A stretch of DNA of 64,000 nt from Thalia democratica (Eukaryota): NCBI GenBank assembly GCA_965202585.1, contig OZ241828.1:52700001-52764000 (forward strand), given 5' to 3'. Shown in pieces: positions 1 through 14,600 of this stretch (position 1 is its first letter; the number at the start of each line of letters is the position of its first letter). A program made the translations under genes and the position numbers. The notes below the pieces were generated by a model. That model worked only from the letters and a program-made list of their open reading frames with translations. It had not been told where the DNA came from and did not search any database.

Positions 1-1896
1 AAGTTTTATAACTGAATACACTTTTTTTGATCAAACAGAGTTGAACTTTTGGTCAGAGTCAAGCAGAATGTGACCTACGACTTTTTTTTTAGTTATTAAA
101 AATAGTAACAAAAATTTAAACTGAAAAAAATTCAATATAGTATACAAAACTTGGGATTTAATTCGAAAATTTAAAAAGATCAAAATTTGTAAAAGATTGC
201 TTTCAAAATGAGTATATGCTTATTAAGATACCTAAATTAAACGTTTTCTTAGTTCTACTTCATGAAGTCTTAATAGTGTTTTCGATAGTTTTGTTTCTAC
301 AAAAAATCGTAGTTAGGTTTAAAGATAGTTTTTAATTTAATTAAAGACTAAACAATTATTTAGCATGATGAAGTATTCTTAAGTTACATTAGTCAGACTT
401 AAACTTAAAGTCATAAGTTTCAATTGTTTTAATATTTTATAGAATAATAATTCTTAGCGTTAATATAATGTAATGATTATCAATTCAAAAAAACGCGCTA
501 GTTTCAACAATGTCTAACTGATTATAAGGTTGCTTTAATTTCTAAAATAGTTTGCTTATCTCTTTTTTAAGTGTTTAAAGCTTTAATGCGTTACTTGTAA
601 ATAAATGGTTATAGTGTTTTTACTTTTTACGTATTTTGAAAACTTTGAAGCTTTTAAAAAGTTTACTTTAATTTAACTTACTTTGGTGTTTTTTATAAGA
701 TTTTTATTTCAGCTGTTATTTAATAAGTAATTTAAAAAAAATTTAATTTTAAAAGTTTGACAAAGTTGAACAAATAAGATAGGTCTTTTTAACCTATTTA
801 ACTTTACTAAAAGTAAAATAATAAATTAACTCTATTTAAATATTTTTTATAAAGCTCATTTTACTTAAGTATATTAAAAGGTTATATAACTATTACGATT
901 TTATTTATACCTCTCTATAGATTTTTCAATTAAACTATAACACAATGAAAATATGATAAGAGACTTTTTTAAGCCATGGTATTATCTACTAATCTCAGGA
1001 TTTTTGTACACCAGTCGCAAAACATAAAAAAAAAAATTATTAATACTTTTAAATTAATATAAAATGTGATTAAAAAGATTGATATAACTTAAAAATTTGT
1101 TTTATATGGTAATTGTTACAACTTAAAACATATTCGAGTTATTTTCATGCTTTACATACTAGAAATAAATAAAATAAGCTCTGAAATGGTCTATAAAAAA
1201 GCAAAAAATAAAAATACTTTTTCAGGTCTTACTAATGTTTTTAATCACTAACTTACAAATATTTTTTGTACTTACAACAAATATTACAAAATAAAAATAA
1301 CTAAGTTATATACTTTTACGAAAAAAAAGTTTTAGTTAAAAAATAATTTTTATCAGCTGTTTTAGTACAAAATTCTTCCAAAAAAATGTTCAAGTTGCAA
1401 GCATTTTAAATAAAAAAAAACAGTTGCTAAAACTATATTAATTAAATTCTAGTCATTTTAGAAAAACGTTCAGGTAATATGCTTCGTTCTGATACGTTTA
1501 TTTCAAATTTTAAATTAAAAAAAATATTCAAATTATTTTTTGATTAACCCACGGACCTAGATGTGGGTAAAACTGTTGTTATAAAAAACATGTCTACAAA
1601 TAAAAAATGCCAATTAGCAGCATTTTAATTTAAGAAATAGATTATTTAAGTTCGTAAACAATGCTGTATTAAATTTTTTAACTAGCTACAATTCTATTAT
1701 AGTAATTTTCAATCGTTTCAGTTTAGTGAATAAACTTAAAAATTTTTAGTTATCAAACAAAAAATTGCTAAATCCCCTTTAGTATTTTTATTAGTTTTAA
1801 TACAAAAACTTTGTAACAAGAACAGATTAATATCAATTAACATTTAATTTAAAAAAAACAATAAAAATCTGTTCTACAGAATTTTATAAAAACTAA

Positions 1897-3075
1897 ATGG
1901 CATGGGTTTGGTCAGTTATCAGATCAGAAGACCCCAGAGTAAATTCTGTTATTTTGAAATCTGATTACGTCAAGCTAATGAAAAAAATATCAACGAGTCT
2001 TGGAACATCTAAAATAAGAGCGGTAGGAAAATGGCACTACGACTTATGGGGTGCAGAAAACACACCGTTGTTTACGATTAAGAAAAAACGTTTCAACCGC
2101 AAAAGAAATATTTACCAGTTTAGAATTAAAGCTAAATGCAACAATATAATTGTAGGTGAACGAAATCTGCTCAACGAAAATGAAAAGTTAGCTATTTGCG
2201 AGGATAACATCAAAATAGTAGTGGCCGGGCAAAATTTAGTTTTTGATTTCATACAGTTTATACCGGCACCGGAAAAGATTAAAGATCTGATTTTGAGCTT
2301 AAAATTGAAAATAATATCTTCTCTGCAAAGCCAACCTACAACAGTACTAAAGTGCTACTCATTAAAAAGAGATGTTATGCTAGCGCTAAAAATAGGTACC
2401 GATCTCAGAAAGGAAATAAATATACTTAATCAACTACAACCCGGTCATACAAATTTGATTGAACTGATCAAAACGAAACATGTGATTTCTGACACGCACT
2501 ACTTTGCCAGCACTCTGGCATTCGGAGGCACCTTGCAGGACAGAATAGAAAAACAACCGATCAAAGAAGAAAGCGCGAAGTTCATCTTCAAGCAAGTGGC
2601 GCTCGCTCTTTCGTGGCTCCACTCCAAATCCATCGCTCACCGCAACATCCGACCTTGGCACATTTTGCTTATGAACCAATCAGAGCGAACCATCGTCAAA
2701 ATATGCTCACTTGGCAGAGCGTGTCGGGAAAGGGAAATTCCCCTCGTCGATCTTGAGAATGACGTCACTTGCTACGTGGCGCCAGAGCAGCTGTCGAACA
2801 ACGTTGGAAGAACTTTGAAGCCACTGACCAGGAAGGTGGACGTTTGGAGCTTGGGGGTGTGCTTTTACGCTTCGGTGGTCGGGAACCTGCCGTACCCTGC
2901 CGCTCTCTCGCAAGCCTGCCTGCTGAGGAAGATGGAGGGATCGAGTGGCGGTGAGGTTTTGGGGAAGTTTAGGGCATTCAGCGAGAGCGGGAAAGTTTTT
3001 GTTGAAAAGTGTTCGAAGTTCGATGAAAGCGGGCGACCTAGTGCGAATCAGCTTTACGCTTGCGATTACTTTTAG
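1897..3075 (+). CDS. Intronless CHK2/CAMK-like Ser/Thr kinase-fold protein, probable pseudokinase, with a possible degenerate N-terminal FHA domain (392 aa)
   Basis: Kinase subdomains are recognisable: LALK (VAIK), HTNLIEL, FKQVALALSWLHSKSIAHRNIRPWHILL, YVAPEQ, DVWSLGV, GNLPY. The HRD Asp is replaced by Asn (HRN), DFG by SLG, and the Gly-rich loop by LQSQPT. ILLMNQSERTIVKI aligns with CHK2 VLLSSQEEDCLIKI. Confidence 0.85.
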   Translation: MAWVWSVIRSEDPRVNSVILKSDYVKLMKKISTSLGTSKIRAVGKWHYDLWGAENTPLFTIKKKRFNRKRNIYQFRIKAKCNNIIVGERNLLNENEKLAICEDNIKIVVAGQNLVFDFIQFIPAPEKIKDLILSLKLKIISSLQSQPTTVLKCYSLKRDVMLALKIGTDLRKEINILNQLQPGHTNLIELIKTKHVISDTHYFASTLAFGGTLQDRIEKQPIKEESAKFIFKQVALALSWLHSKSIAHRNIRPWHILLMNQSERTIVKICSLGRACREREIPLVDLENDVTCYVAPEQLSNNVGRTLKPLTRKVDVWSLGVCFYASVVGNLPYPAALSQACLLRKMEGSSGGEVLGKFRAFSESGKVFVEKCSKFDESGRPSANQLYACDYF

Positions 3076-5606
3076 TTTTGTTTTGAACTTAAGTAATCAA
3101 AAAAGAACAAATAATATAGAGCTCACTTTTGTTTTATAACATTTCAAGCAGCTTTTTTTAAATGTTTGTTTGAAATATAAAGTGCTAATTATGTTTACAA
3201 TTAAAGATCCGGATGAAACAATTTAGTTGAAAAATAGTAAAACCAATATAAAAAGTACAATCTAAACACCAAGAATTTCTAAGTAAGCAAACTATAAATG
3301 CATGAGCTCTAAAAATAAAGGTACCTTAAGTGAATGAGTACTTAAAAATTTAAAGATAAGTTTAAGTATGCTAAATATATAACAGCTGATATAACTTATT
3401 TATAATAAAAAACAATCTGAATAGTTTTTACAAAGCTTTTCTGAAAAACAGTTTTGTAATTTTTGCGTTTATGGTATTAAGATCATGTTTTAGTTCGTTT
3501 TCTGTGAATCGTTTAATATCATTTTATTAAATAAAAAAAACTATTAAACTTATTCTTGAGGTTTGGTGCGAACAAATTAAAGTGCATAAGTTATGTATGT
3601 CCCTATCCTACTTGCATAAATAAATTGCAATTATTTATCAGACTTTAAAAAAATTAACGGTTTTCAAATATTTAGTTAGCATAACAGCGATAGCACTCTG
3701 GCAACACCGGTCTCTACTTAAGTTAATTAATAAAGTCTATGATGGTATTTTATATTGAATTAATTTGTGTTTCTTTACTCATTTATATACTTATGTATGT
3801 TTTTATAATCCGTCGTGTTATTAATCTAAAGTTTTTGTATACTTGCGAATTAAAACTAGGTCTTGGTAAAGTATCTCGTTATTAATCCTGAAATTTTCAT
3901 ACTTCCTCTAACTAAATTGTAAGGCTGTTAACAAAAAGATGATCATAAGGTTTGTTTGGCTTTAGTTAAAATAAAAGTTATTTCAAGTGTATAAAAGTCT
4001 TAATCTTAAGTAATCTAGCAGACATAAGATTGTAAAAAGAAAATTGGAGGAAAAAGTGTCGGTGAAGTTTCGAGAAAATGTAGGGTTATCAGATTAATTT
4101 TTTTTTGTTAAAAAGTGTTTGAGCATTGATTATAGCGAGTGAACGGTTTTGATTTTTCCTTGAGACAGTTTTTATTTGTCTTGCTTAAATTTGCAAAACA
4201 CGAGAAAGTCGGTAGTACAAATTAAAATTATTATTTAAACATTAAATTTTAAGCAAATTTACTTAATAAAACGAAGTAGTTTATTTTTTCATCTTTACCT
4301 CAGGAAATGAAACAGAGTAGTAAGCAAAAATTTTGATTTCATAAGTGCGAGATATATATTGCTCTCTGTCTTAAATTCCCCCTATATCTACCATTTACTA
4401 CCCATAGTTAATTGAAAATCTAAAATAAAAACCCTAATATAGCAATAAGTTTAGGGTAATTACTTGTATTTATCTTTATTTTTAACAAAAACCTTTCTTT
4501 GAGTGTAAAAGTTCGCTTATACATTATTATTTAACCAAGAGCTGCAATAATAAACGAATTTATTAAAACTCCAAGTTACTGAACTTTTAAAAGTGGATTT
4601 GTTTACAAATCTAAAGTATCTTAAAAAGGCCATTTTACATATATCGATTAAGACAAAAAAATAATAACTGACATATCAGAAAAACGATTTTAAAAAGTTA
4701 ATATTATTACGGCTTTAATTTTAGAGTAATTTCGTGAACTATTTTCTGTGTTGTTTAGCTTACTATTAGTTCAAAAAGATTGTTTTTCTTCAATTTATTA
4801 AAATCATTTTTTGGTTGCACTGCACAATGACAAAAACTTACCTAATTGTAAAAAAAAAGTTAATTTTGAATACTGAATTAATTTGGAAACATATAACCTA
4901 CATATAAATATTCTTTATAAATATACTTATGTTCTTTGTTTTCATCACTTAACTACGTGCTGTTTTTATTTCCGTTACCTTCCATATTCAAACGACATCA
5001 TAATGCACAAGTAAATCAAAAACTGATCAACTCTAAAGTTGAGTTGTTACAACTAGTAATAAACAACTACTTAAAAAGTTAAAGAGAATAACTCAGCTAA
5101 CTGCACTAACATTGAAATAATTTTCAACAAATTTCCAAAAACTTTTACGATTACAAACAAATTAGAGTTGTCACAGAAGTAAAATTAGTATAAAAATCAC
5201 TTATTTTAAATAATTTCAAAAAACAATACAAGAATAAATTAATCATTAAGCTTTTATTCAAAAATGAAACTAACTTCATCTTAGAGTAGGAATGGATTGT
5301 TTTGCATGTAAAGAAGAACATTAAAAAAAAATTAAATAAGTACCTTTAGTAGAAGAAATAAAATCAAAAAGCTTATTTATTTAAAATAATCACTTGCATA
5401 CTGTTGACTTACTTAAATACGAACTGCATATAACTTCATACAAAATACGATACAGAAACTGCATTTGAAAAACTAAGTTTAAAACTACTTAATTCATAAA
5501 ATTTTTAAGCAGTGAAATTTTTCTTATGCATGAAGATAAATATTGAAAAAAGACGACAGTTGTTCATGATATGCTCAAAAAACGATCAGAAAGTATTGCA
5601 TGATTC

Positions 5607-8600
5607 TTACAATTTAGAAGCCAAAACCATCTTCTTGTCGGCGAATCCGGGGATGACGACTTCCAACACCTGAATCAGGTTTTCAGGATACACGAACTGG
5701 CAGTCCTCCAAAACTTCCTGAGGAAGCTCGTTTTCAGCGTCGCTCCTGTTGGCGGTGGGGAGTATTATGACGCGATAACCCAACCTGTGGGCTGCGATCA
5801 CTTTCTTCTTCACTCCGCCGATCTGCATATTTGTTAGTTTAAACTTTTGAGTAAGTGTTATTCTAATCTACGATTTCCATAAATTAAGAACTTATAAGTT
5901 TCCAGAGCTTATATTACTATGTCTGTATGTGTACTACGTATATGTTGCGGTTTTTAGAATTATTGATTATTATTACTTTTTTTTGATCTAAAATCTAGAC
6001 TTTTTTTTCCAAAACTATATATGCTAGTGCACATTTAAAATTGATTAAAACGTTGTTTTTGTATTTTTAATGAAAAATACGTTGTATAATCAGAATCTAA
6101 AATGGTTTCAATCAGTATTTAGGAAAATTAAACTGAAGTCACTGTGGCGAACAGATAGACAGATATTTGTATGAGAATTTTTTAAACATAAGATATAACT
6201 AGGAGTCAAAAAAAACTGTCCTGAACGACCTTAAACTGTATTGATTCATCGAATTTAAATCATAAAAATATTTTTAACTTTTTAAAATTAATAAGAAGTA
6301 AATTCTTAAAAAAAATGGTTTTAAATTAACAAAAATTGCAACTAAATCTCATTTAAATTATTTAATAAAAACTTTTCAGAAATTTAAAAAAATCTTAAAC
6401 TTACCTGTGTTTTTTCAACAAAAATATACTGATTCAGCTTGAGTAAAAAAAAAAATATTTCTTGAGTTATCCTAAATATATTAATATCCTGAAACTTTAA
6501 TAAGTTTCAAAATATCAGAGCTATCCTGAGAGTGTGAGAGCTATCCTATATAGCATAAATATTACATCAGAAATAAAAAAATAAATCGAAAAAATCTAAA
6601 TAAATGTGTTTTATGTAGATTGTTGTTAAAAAAATATCATACAATATCTCCTATTTTAAAGCATAAATGATAGCTGGAAAAATAACAAAAATAAATTAAT
6701 ATATTTCTCTTGACATTGTTTATTTTCTACCACATATTATTTTTAATATGAAAGATATTTAATGGATTTATGAACTTAAGATTATTTTTGCTTTTCCTGT
6801 ATCATTTAAAAGTTGTTTTATTAAACAACTTGCAACAACCATAACCTGTAAAAATTGAATTGTAGTATTCAAATTAAACTGAATAGAAACAGTACTAACT
6901 GGGGTAACTTCTCCTCTTAAGGTAAGCTCGCCTGTCATGGCAACTCTCGGGTCAACTATTGTGTCGCTAAGCAACGAGTAGAGTGCGGTTGCTATGGTGA
7001 TTCCGGCAGATGGGCCGTCTTTTTTAACAGCTCCAGCGGGAAGATGAATGTGATAATTGTAATTGTAAAAGTTATCTGTTCAAAAAATATTATTTAAGCA
7101 ATTTATCAAGTTTATATAGTAAAAGTTTATATAATAATAGTATAAAGTATATAATAATTTTATTTGAACAAGTCAGAAAACCTAAATTAAGATAATTTTA
7201 TTTTTGGTTTAAAATTTTTAAAACAATTTTTTTTTGCAAAAAGTTTATAATACTCATATCAATAAATTTAACAACTCTACAGTTTACTTTGTTACAATTT
7301 TGTTCAATATCCTCAGATTTAAATTTTTAAGGACTCAGTAAAAAAAAATATAACAGTTTATCTTCCAACAACTTTAAAAAAAAAACTTTAAGTTTTAAGT
7401 AAATATTTTGCAACTAAAACGTTTTTTAATACAAACTTATAGCAAAAGACAAACCAACCTTTAACAACTTTGAACCTAGGATCGTTGCTCGACAGCAAGT
7501 TTGAAATTGCGATGTCCACCGATTCCTTCAGAGTTTCGCCCAGGCGGCCCGTCAGTTTTATTTTGGGGGATTTACTGTTTTTATTCTCGGTCTTGGTAGC
7601 TTCGATGACGGTAGCGGACCCTCCGTATGCACCAGCCGCCATGCCGATGGCCATGCCCGGCTTCATCTGCTTCGGTCGCCCGTCCGATATGTACTTGAGC
7701 GGACCTGTTGCATTAAATACATGCTTCATCATGAATGACTTTAATGTTTCAATTAAATAGCATAAAGGTGTTTGAATTTTAAGCGTAAACTTTTTTCAGC
7801 TCGACCACTTTGCTTGAGGTAAAAAAAAAGTTGTTCTTATTTAAAGGTATTTTGTAAAAACTTGCATTCTTTATTTTTACTTTTAGAGGCATGAAAGCTA
7901 CTCAAAAATTACAATATGAAATTTATCTAAAAATAATCTTACTTTGAAAAATAAAACTTTATAAATCTGTTTGCACCAAGCATTAATACATAGTTTGTTA
8001 TACAAAGTATTTAATGAGTACATGCTCGAATTGTGGTTTGAAACGTAAATTGCGAAAATCATTAACTAAAACACTGATTAGTTATTAAAGTTCCAACAGA
8101 TCTCTTGTGCAAATTTCTTTCAAGTAAAATATTAACTAACCAAACACTTTAACCACATCTTCAATTGTGTCAAGTTTAATGAAGACTTCCTCGTTTTTAC
8201 GCTTAGAACTCTGAAAAAAGTTTTTTTTAAGTAATAAATATTAGAATGTAAACATTATTATTGTAAAAAATATTTTTTTTGTTTTTAATCTAGTTAAACT
8301 TATTTAGTTTTCATAAATCTAAATATAAAACTACACTATATTTTATTTATTTTTAAGAATGAACAATAGTTTTGGAAAGTAACAATCAGTATCTACTAGT
8401 TTCAAGCTTTTATGAAAATACTTCAACGAAAACATAAAATAACTAAATTAAAAGTAAATTACCACTAATGTTGATAAACACAATTGTTAATTATGGAAGT
8501 TTTTAAAATCTATGTTGTGAATGTGGTCATTTAAACAGTTGTTTTTAACAAATAAACAGTTATACAACTAACTTGAAAATAAACAACAAAAATGGTCAGG

Positions 8601-11600
8601 GTAAACAAAAAAAAATCAACCATTTAAACTAACCTCGAGCACGATGTACCTGCAAACTTTGGCGATCTGCCTTTCAGCGCCCCTCACACCCGATTCGTGC
8701 GTGTAGTGAGTGATGGCGCTGAGAATGAAATCGTCGGTTATCTCCGCTGTTACGTTGCTCAGCAGGTCGATGCCGTGAATTTTGAACTGCTTCGGTATCA
8801 GGTACTTTCTGGCGATCGCCACCTTTTCCTTGTCCGTGTACCCACTCATCTGTGTGAAGTATGCTTTATTATTAAAAATGTAGAAAAAAAGGAACCAATT
8901 TACGTTGTAATACTACTTTATTGATTATTAAAAAATTACAAGGTATACAAGCATCAAAAGGTGTAGATACAATTAAGGTTAAAATATAAAGATTTTAACA
9001 GAAATCAAAGTTTTGTTGAAATCAAATATAAATCAAAGCATCAAAAACTTTTAATTAAGTTTGTGTTAGTTTAAATACAACAATGAATACATTTTTAGAA
9101 AGTAATTAATAAGCTTTCTTCCTGTAATTTTATCTCCTTTTGTAACTAATTAAAACATTTCTCACAGACATAGGACCCAAGTATGTAGAGAAAACATAGT
9201 GTTTTAGAAAACATAGTGTTTTAGATTAAAAAAATATAAATCAAGTGAAGATATTTTTTATACTTTAAAGCTTGACATAATTCATGTTTTAGCAGTTAGT
9301 AAATAACTTTTTAAAAGTGATTTATCATTTTTAACTGAATCCAAAAACATAAAATTTTAGGCAGAAGCGGAATAAATTGCAAAACTGAATTTTATTGTTT
9401 CTAGTAATACTTGGTCATACAACTTTATCAAAAATCAATAAAAACAACAAACCTCAATAAACTCCATTCTGTCCCTGAGGGGGCGGGGTATTCCCCCGAT
9501 GTCGTTGGCGGTGCAGACGAACAGCACGTTGGAGAGGTCGAAGGGTAGTTTCAGGTAGGAGTCGGTGAAAGTGTCGTTTTGTTCCGGGTCCAGAACTTCC
9601 AGTAAGGCGGCTGTCGGGTCTCCTTGGAGGCTGTTTCTTGCTGTTCGGTTGGAAAAGAAAAATTAAAAAACTAAAAATTTAACTTTTTGGTTTTTAGGTT
9701 AGTGTTTTGCTAACTTAGATAAAATGATATAAAGTTAAAGGTTTTATTTTAATGTTTTCCTTTTTTTTGTAATTAATAGTAATATTAAACCGTAAAAGAT
9801 ATTTGATTAATTATAAAAAAACTAAATGATCTAATAAAGGAAAGTAATATCATTACAAAACTAAATTTTGAAAGTTTTTAACAATTTTTTTTTACAGATC
9901 AGGAAAGTATTTAATTACGTAAAAAACCAACACATTTTGTCTATTTCATCGAGCATCATGACTGGGTTGTTAACCTGCACTTTCTTCATACCCTCGATTA
10001 TCCGTCCACACATGGCGCCCACATAAGTTCTCCTGTGACCCCGAATAACCGCCTGGCTTGATACACCACCTGTTTATATTGATAAGTTTTTTATAAATAA
10101 AAGTAAAAGTAAATTTGGCAATTTAATACATAAATATTTGATTAGTTTCTTAAAATTACCTTATAAAAAATAAAAACACATGATAAAGAAACTTTAGTTA
10201 AGTAATATTTTTGTTTTGATACAGAGATTCTTATGATAAATCACTATTAGTTTTAGTTTTACATAGTTAAAAAAAACAATTAAAAAACATTTACACACAA
10301 CAACACTGTTACACTTTATAAGTCATTCGTACAACAATTAAAAAATATACATAACTTAAATCATGAATTAAAAATTATATAAGTTAAAACTATGTTTAAG
10401 CCTGATTGAAATTAATAAAAGCAAAATAAGATACGTGCAAATAAGAGTTTATTTTAAGCAGTCACTAAGTCAATATTTTTAAATGAAATGTAAACATAAG
10501 TGTTTGCTCTTGTGCAAATTGCGAGTGACAATGAAACTTATTTATTGTTATATAAAATTTTGAATCCGTAATTTTTTAATTTTTAATAAGTTTGTCTTTT
10601 GAACTGATGGTAGTTTACAACAAAATATTTTTTAATAAATAGGTTTTACTATGTATTATATATTGAACTGAATCGAAACCATGAAAAATGCTGATGACAA
10701 CTAAACATACCGAGGGCAATTCTGTGAAACTTTCTGCCGAGTGAAGCGGCTATCGACTTTCCAATTGAAGTCTTTCCGATGCCAGGCGGTCCTAGAAAGC
10801 ACAAAATTGGTGCTCTCATTACCGATTTTTCCTGGATAATGCAGCTTAAATTTATCATAAGAACTATAACTCAAGCTTTATTTAGTTTTTAAATATTAAA
10901 AAATAAAAAACTTTATATTAATCAATCTGTTCAAAACTATCATAAAAAAAAATTATTTGTGAAATTCTAAACTACTAATGTCTTACCAAGGTCAAATTAG
11001 TAATGATTAAAAAAAGTAAAAGCTCACTGTTTTATTAAAAAAATAACTAACGAAAACAAAAAAAAAGTTAGCACTAAAGTTAGATTATTGCATAGTATAA
11101 CTTATAAAAGTTTACAAAAAGTTATTAATTAAATTATGTAAGAAAGACATTTACATTAAATTACTACGTACTTTTCAAACTTTTATCTTAAGTTTTTAAA
11201 CATTTAAAATTTAATACTGTACTTACATTATCAGTACCATTTTATGCTTTCTTTAGAACAAGGTTCAAATAAAAAACCAAAAACTTTATAATAAAAAAAA
11301 AATAATAATAGCTAAAAAAATTAAAACAAAAAAACAAACATTTTCTTTCTGTACTTCACTTTTAAGCATGTTAACAGCAAGATACTCCAGTATTCTCTTT
11401 TTCACCTTTTCCATGGAATAATGGTCTCTTTCTAGGATCATCTCAGCATTTTCTATGTCACAACTGCGCAGTAATAATTTTTGTGTTAGATCGCTTAGCT
11501 TAAAATAAAACAATAAGATTTTATAATAGATGTATTTTAAGATCTAAGCGTTTATTTTAAAATGTGCTAATTTAAATCTACAGTATAACAACAAACAACT

Positions 11601-14600
11601 TTATCAAGAAGTTAATCCATGGCAATTAAAAATTTCTTTCATTTATTTTTATTCAGTTCTTAAAGCAAATATTATTTAATAAATTATCACTAAAATCATA
11701 CCAATCTTTGGTAGACTTGTTCCACGGCAAATCACTGACAAGTTCTAAATAATTTCTCATAACTTGATATTCAGAACTGTGTGGGCTCTGCCTTTTCATT
11801 GAGTCAAAATCCTTCATAACCGTCTGGCAGAGAGATATTATTTTTTCAATAATTTAATGTTACAAATTTTTTATAAAATTAACTTTTTAAAATCTCTTGA
11901 TAACAATTGAAATTCGATAGTAGGTTTTTAAAATTATTATTAGAATTTGCCTAATTATTCCCTTAAACTTAAGCAGTTCTTTCATAATAAAGCTAAAAAT
12001 AGTTGATAAAAATGTAACTAAAAATAATTGTATAGTCAGTATTTAACAGGGTTGCCAAATTTTTTGGAAAATTTTCTCTAGGTTTTCAAAATTTCCTCCA
12101 GGTTTTAAAAGTACATAGTTTCGGGTCTATTTTTAGTTCAAATTTAAGTTTAAGGTAAAAAACCTAAAGTGTTAAATAGAATAAAAACATTAAACAAATA
12201 CTGTAAAGCTACTTCAACTATGTTTTTAAATAAATAAATAAATTGGATGATGACAATATGTTTTTATCTATACGATAGTTTTTTTCGTCAAATCAAAATT
12301 TTTCTACTTAATATGTAAAAAATGTTTAAAATTTCAGGTTTTTCTAGATTTTTTTCAAAATTTCTCAAACTCCAGGTTTTTTAGCCTAAGTTGTCAAAAT
12401 AACGGTTTTTTCAGAATATTCCAGGTTTCCAAGTATTTTTCCAACCCTGATTAAACTAGAATCTATCAATTAATAATATTATTATAAACAACTATCTAGG
12501 ATCAGTTTTACATAATAAAAGTTACGGAACATTGTTAATACACAAAAAGTCTACAATTTAGCTAAGCTAAACATTTGCTTAAATGTATCTAACACTGAAG
12601 AAATTGTTTAAAAATTTAGTTATAAATTAATTTAAACATGAAAATTCATACTAAAATGTTAAAACCTCGTGGACATCATTAGGCAGTCCAGCATTTTCCA
12701 ACTTCTCTTTCAATTTGTCCACTTCCGGCTTAGATTTTGAATTCAGTAGACTGCCTACAACGAGATTTATTTTCAATAACTTTCATTGTGAGTAGCAATA
12801 GTTCTAACGTACTTTTTTTTTTAAATAACATCTTTTTTTTATGAACAAGGAAAACGAACATGCTTGTTAATTTTATTGGCACAAATTTGGTAAATTTAAA
12901 TAGCTAGTACTTTAAAGTTTAATTTAAAACATTCATGTTTTTTTTATTAGCTCTGTAACTAAAGATCTTGTATTTTATATTTTTAACACCAAATTTTTTT
13001 GCCTAAAAAACTTTTAAAAACTAGCTTTAGCTTTATTAAAGAAAACAGCAGGGTTATCACAGATCAAGATGAGAAAAATTCCTGACTTTTCCTGACTTTT
13101 TACTAAAATTTTCCTAACTTTTCTAAATCCAACTTTTAATTTAAACTTATTCTAAAATACATAATCTAACACTTGAAACTATATAAAGCTTTCAATCTAG
13201 TTTTAATACAGGTTAAAAAAACAATTTTTTGCTAAATTCAATTATCAAACTTCCATTACGTCACTTGAACCATCTGTGTATGACTGGTGTATTTGCAATA
13301 AACAGCTCTGTCAGCAAAATACTTGTAATATTACCTTATAAACACAGTTTGTCTGAAAAAAAGACACAATTTTTTAGCATTTCCTAACATAAATGTATCT
13401 AAATAAACGAAACGAGATATAAGGAATTTCTACAATAATAAGTAAACTTAACATTGCATATACCTCTCTTATAACTTATTTTACAAATTTAAACAACTTT
13501 GAAAAATTACAAAGAGGTTAAGTATACACATTAACTTGTTACATAAAATACTAAACAAGCTGCTAAATTACAAAGAACTCAGTTATATTTACTTAAAAAA
13601 CACTTTGATTCTAAAATAAGGCTAGATAAACTTTTGTATATATTTCACAGTTTCACTATGGAAATGTCCTTACTACAGATTATCAATACTAACAAGCTTT
13701 CAAAAAATGCTTGTTCAAGTAGGGTACTTGTTCAAAATGTTAATAAAAAAATAACAGTTTTATAAAGGATATTTTATTAATTTATACCAGATGAAGCATT
13801 GGAAATTAAATAGTTTTGTAAGTTTCTAGGAAAATTTTGCAATTTTTATCTGACTTTAAAGAATTTTTAATTAATTTATTTACCATTTGAAGGCTTTAAA
13901 ACTTTAAATTTAAACTGACAAAATATGACTTTTTTTTTTGTCAAATTTCTTGACTTTTTTCAAAAATCCCCATTTTTTCCTGACTTTTGTAATTTTTTAA
14001 AGTTTTCCCTGATTTTTCCTGACTTTGTGGCAACCCTGAAAAAGTAAAATATTTCAGTACAATCTAACAGAAAAAAAACAACATGCAAATTTAAAATTTA
14101 TAAAAATAAATTTAAGTTTAATTTTAATAATCAAGATTTTTTGTTTTAAACCTTAAATTTAAATAAAATACTTTTATAAATTGAATGAGTTTAAAAAAAA
14201 AATGTTTTAATAATAAAGGTAGTGACATTTTCTTAAATAATAACGTATAACACGAGTTTCTAATAACTGAAAGTTTTTTTAAAACACACAAAAGAAAAAT
14301 TATTCGAAAGTACACTTTGCAATATTTAAAAGTTAGTGTATATAAACTAATGAAATACTAAACTAACATTGGTCCTAATTTTACAAAACATATAAACAAA
14401 CTAAAAATTATAAGTAATTAAGCAGTCTATTACACGCAGTTTCATTAATTAAAAAAAATCAACAAATAATTGCTAACAACTTTTAACTTTCAACTGTAAC
14501 TGTTAATTAACTTATTTTTAAATAATACAATCAATTTCATGCTTTATACCATAATAATCGAACATAAAAACTACATTGCTTTAAAATGTATGTACAGGCC

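Noticed and set aside
2434-3139. Short ORFs overlapping the kinase (81, 68, 61, 64 aa)
   Set aside because: Alternative-frame or antisense shadows of a GC-rich coding region, with no motifs.
9189-9222. Exact 17 bp tandem duplication in a LONP2 intron
   Set aside because: Ordinary slippage duplication.
14124-14315. AT-rich ORFs of 60-110 aa (also 28093, 33028, 35593 plus strand, 36490, 43909)
   Set aside because: Lys/Phe/Ile/Asn-rich composition expected from random AT-rich DNA; 35593-35913 is the antisense shadow of a GT31 exon.
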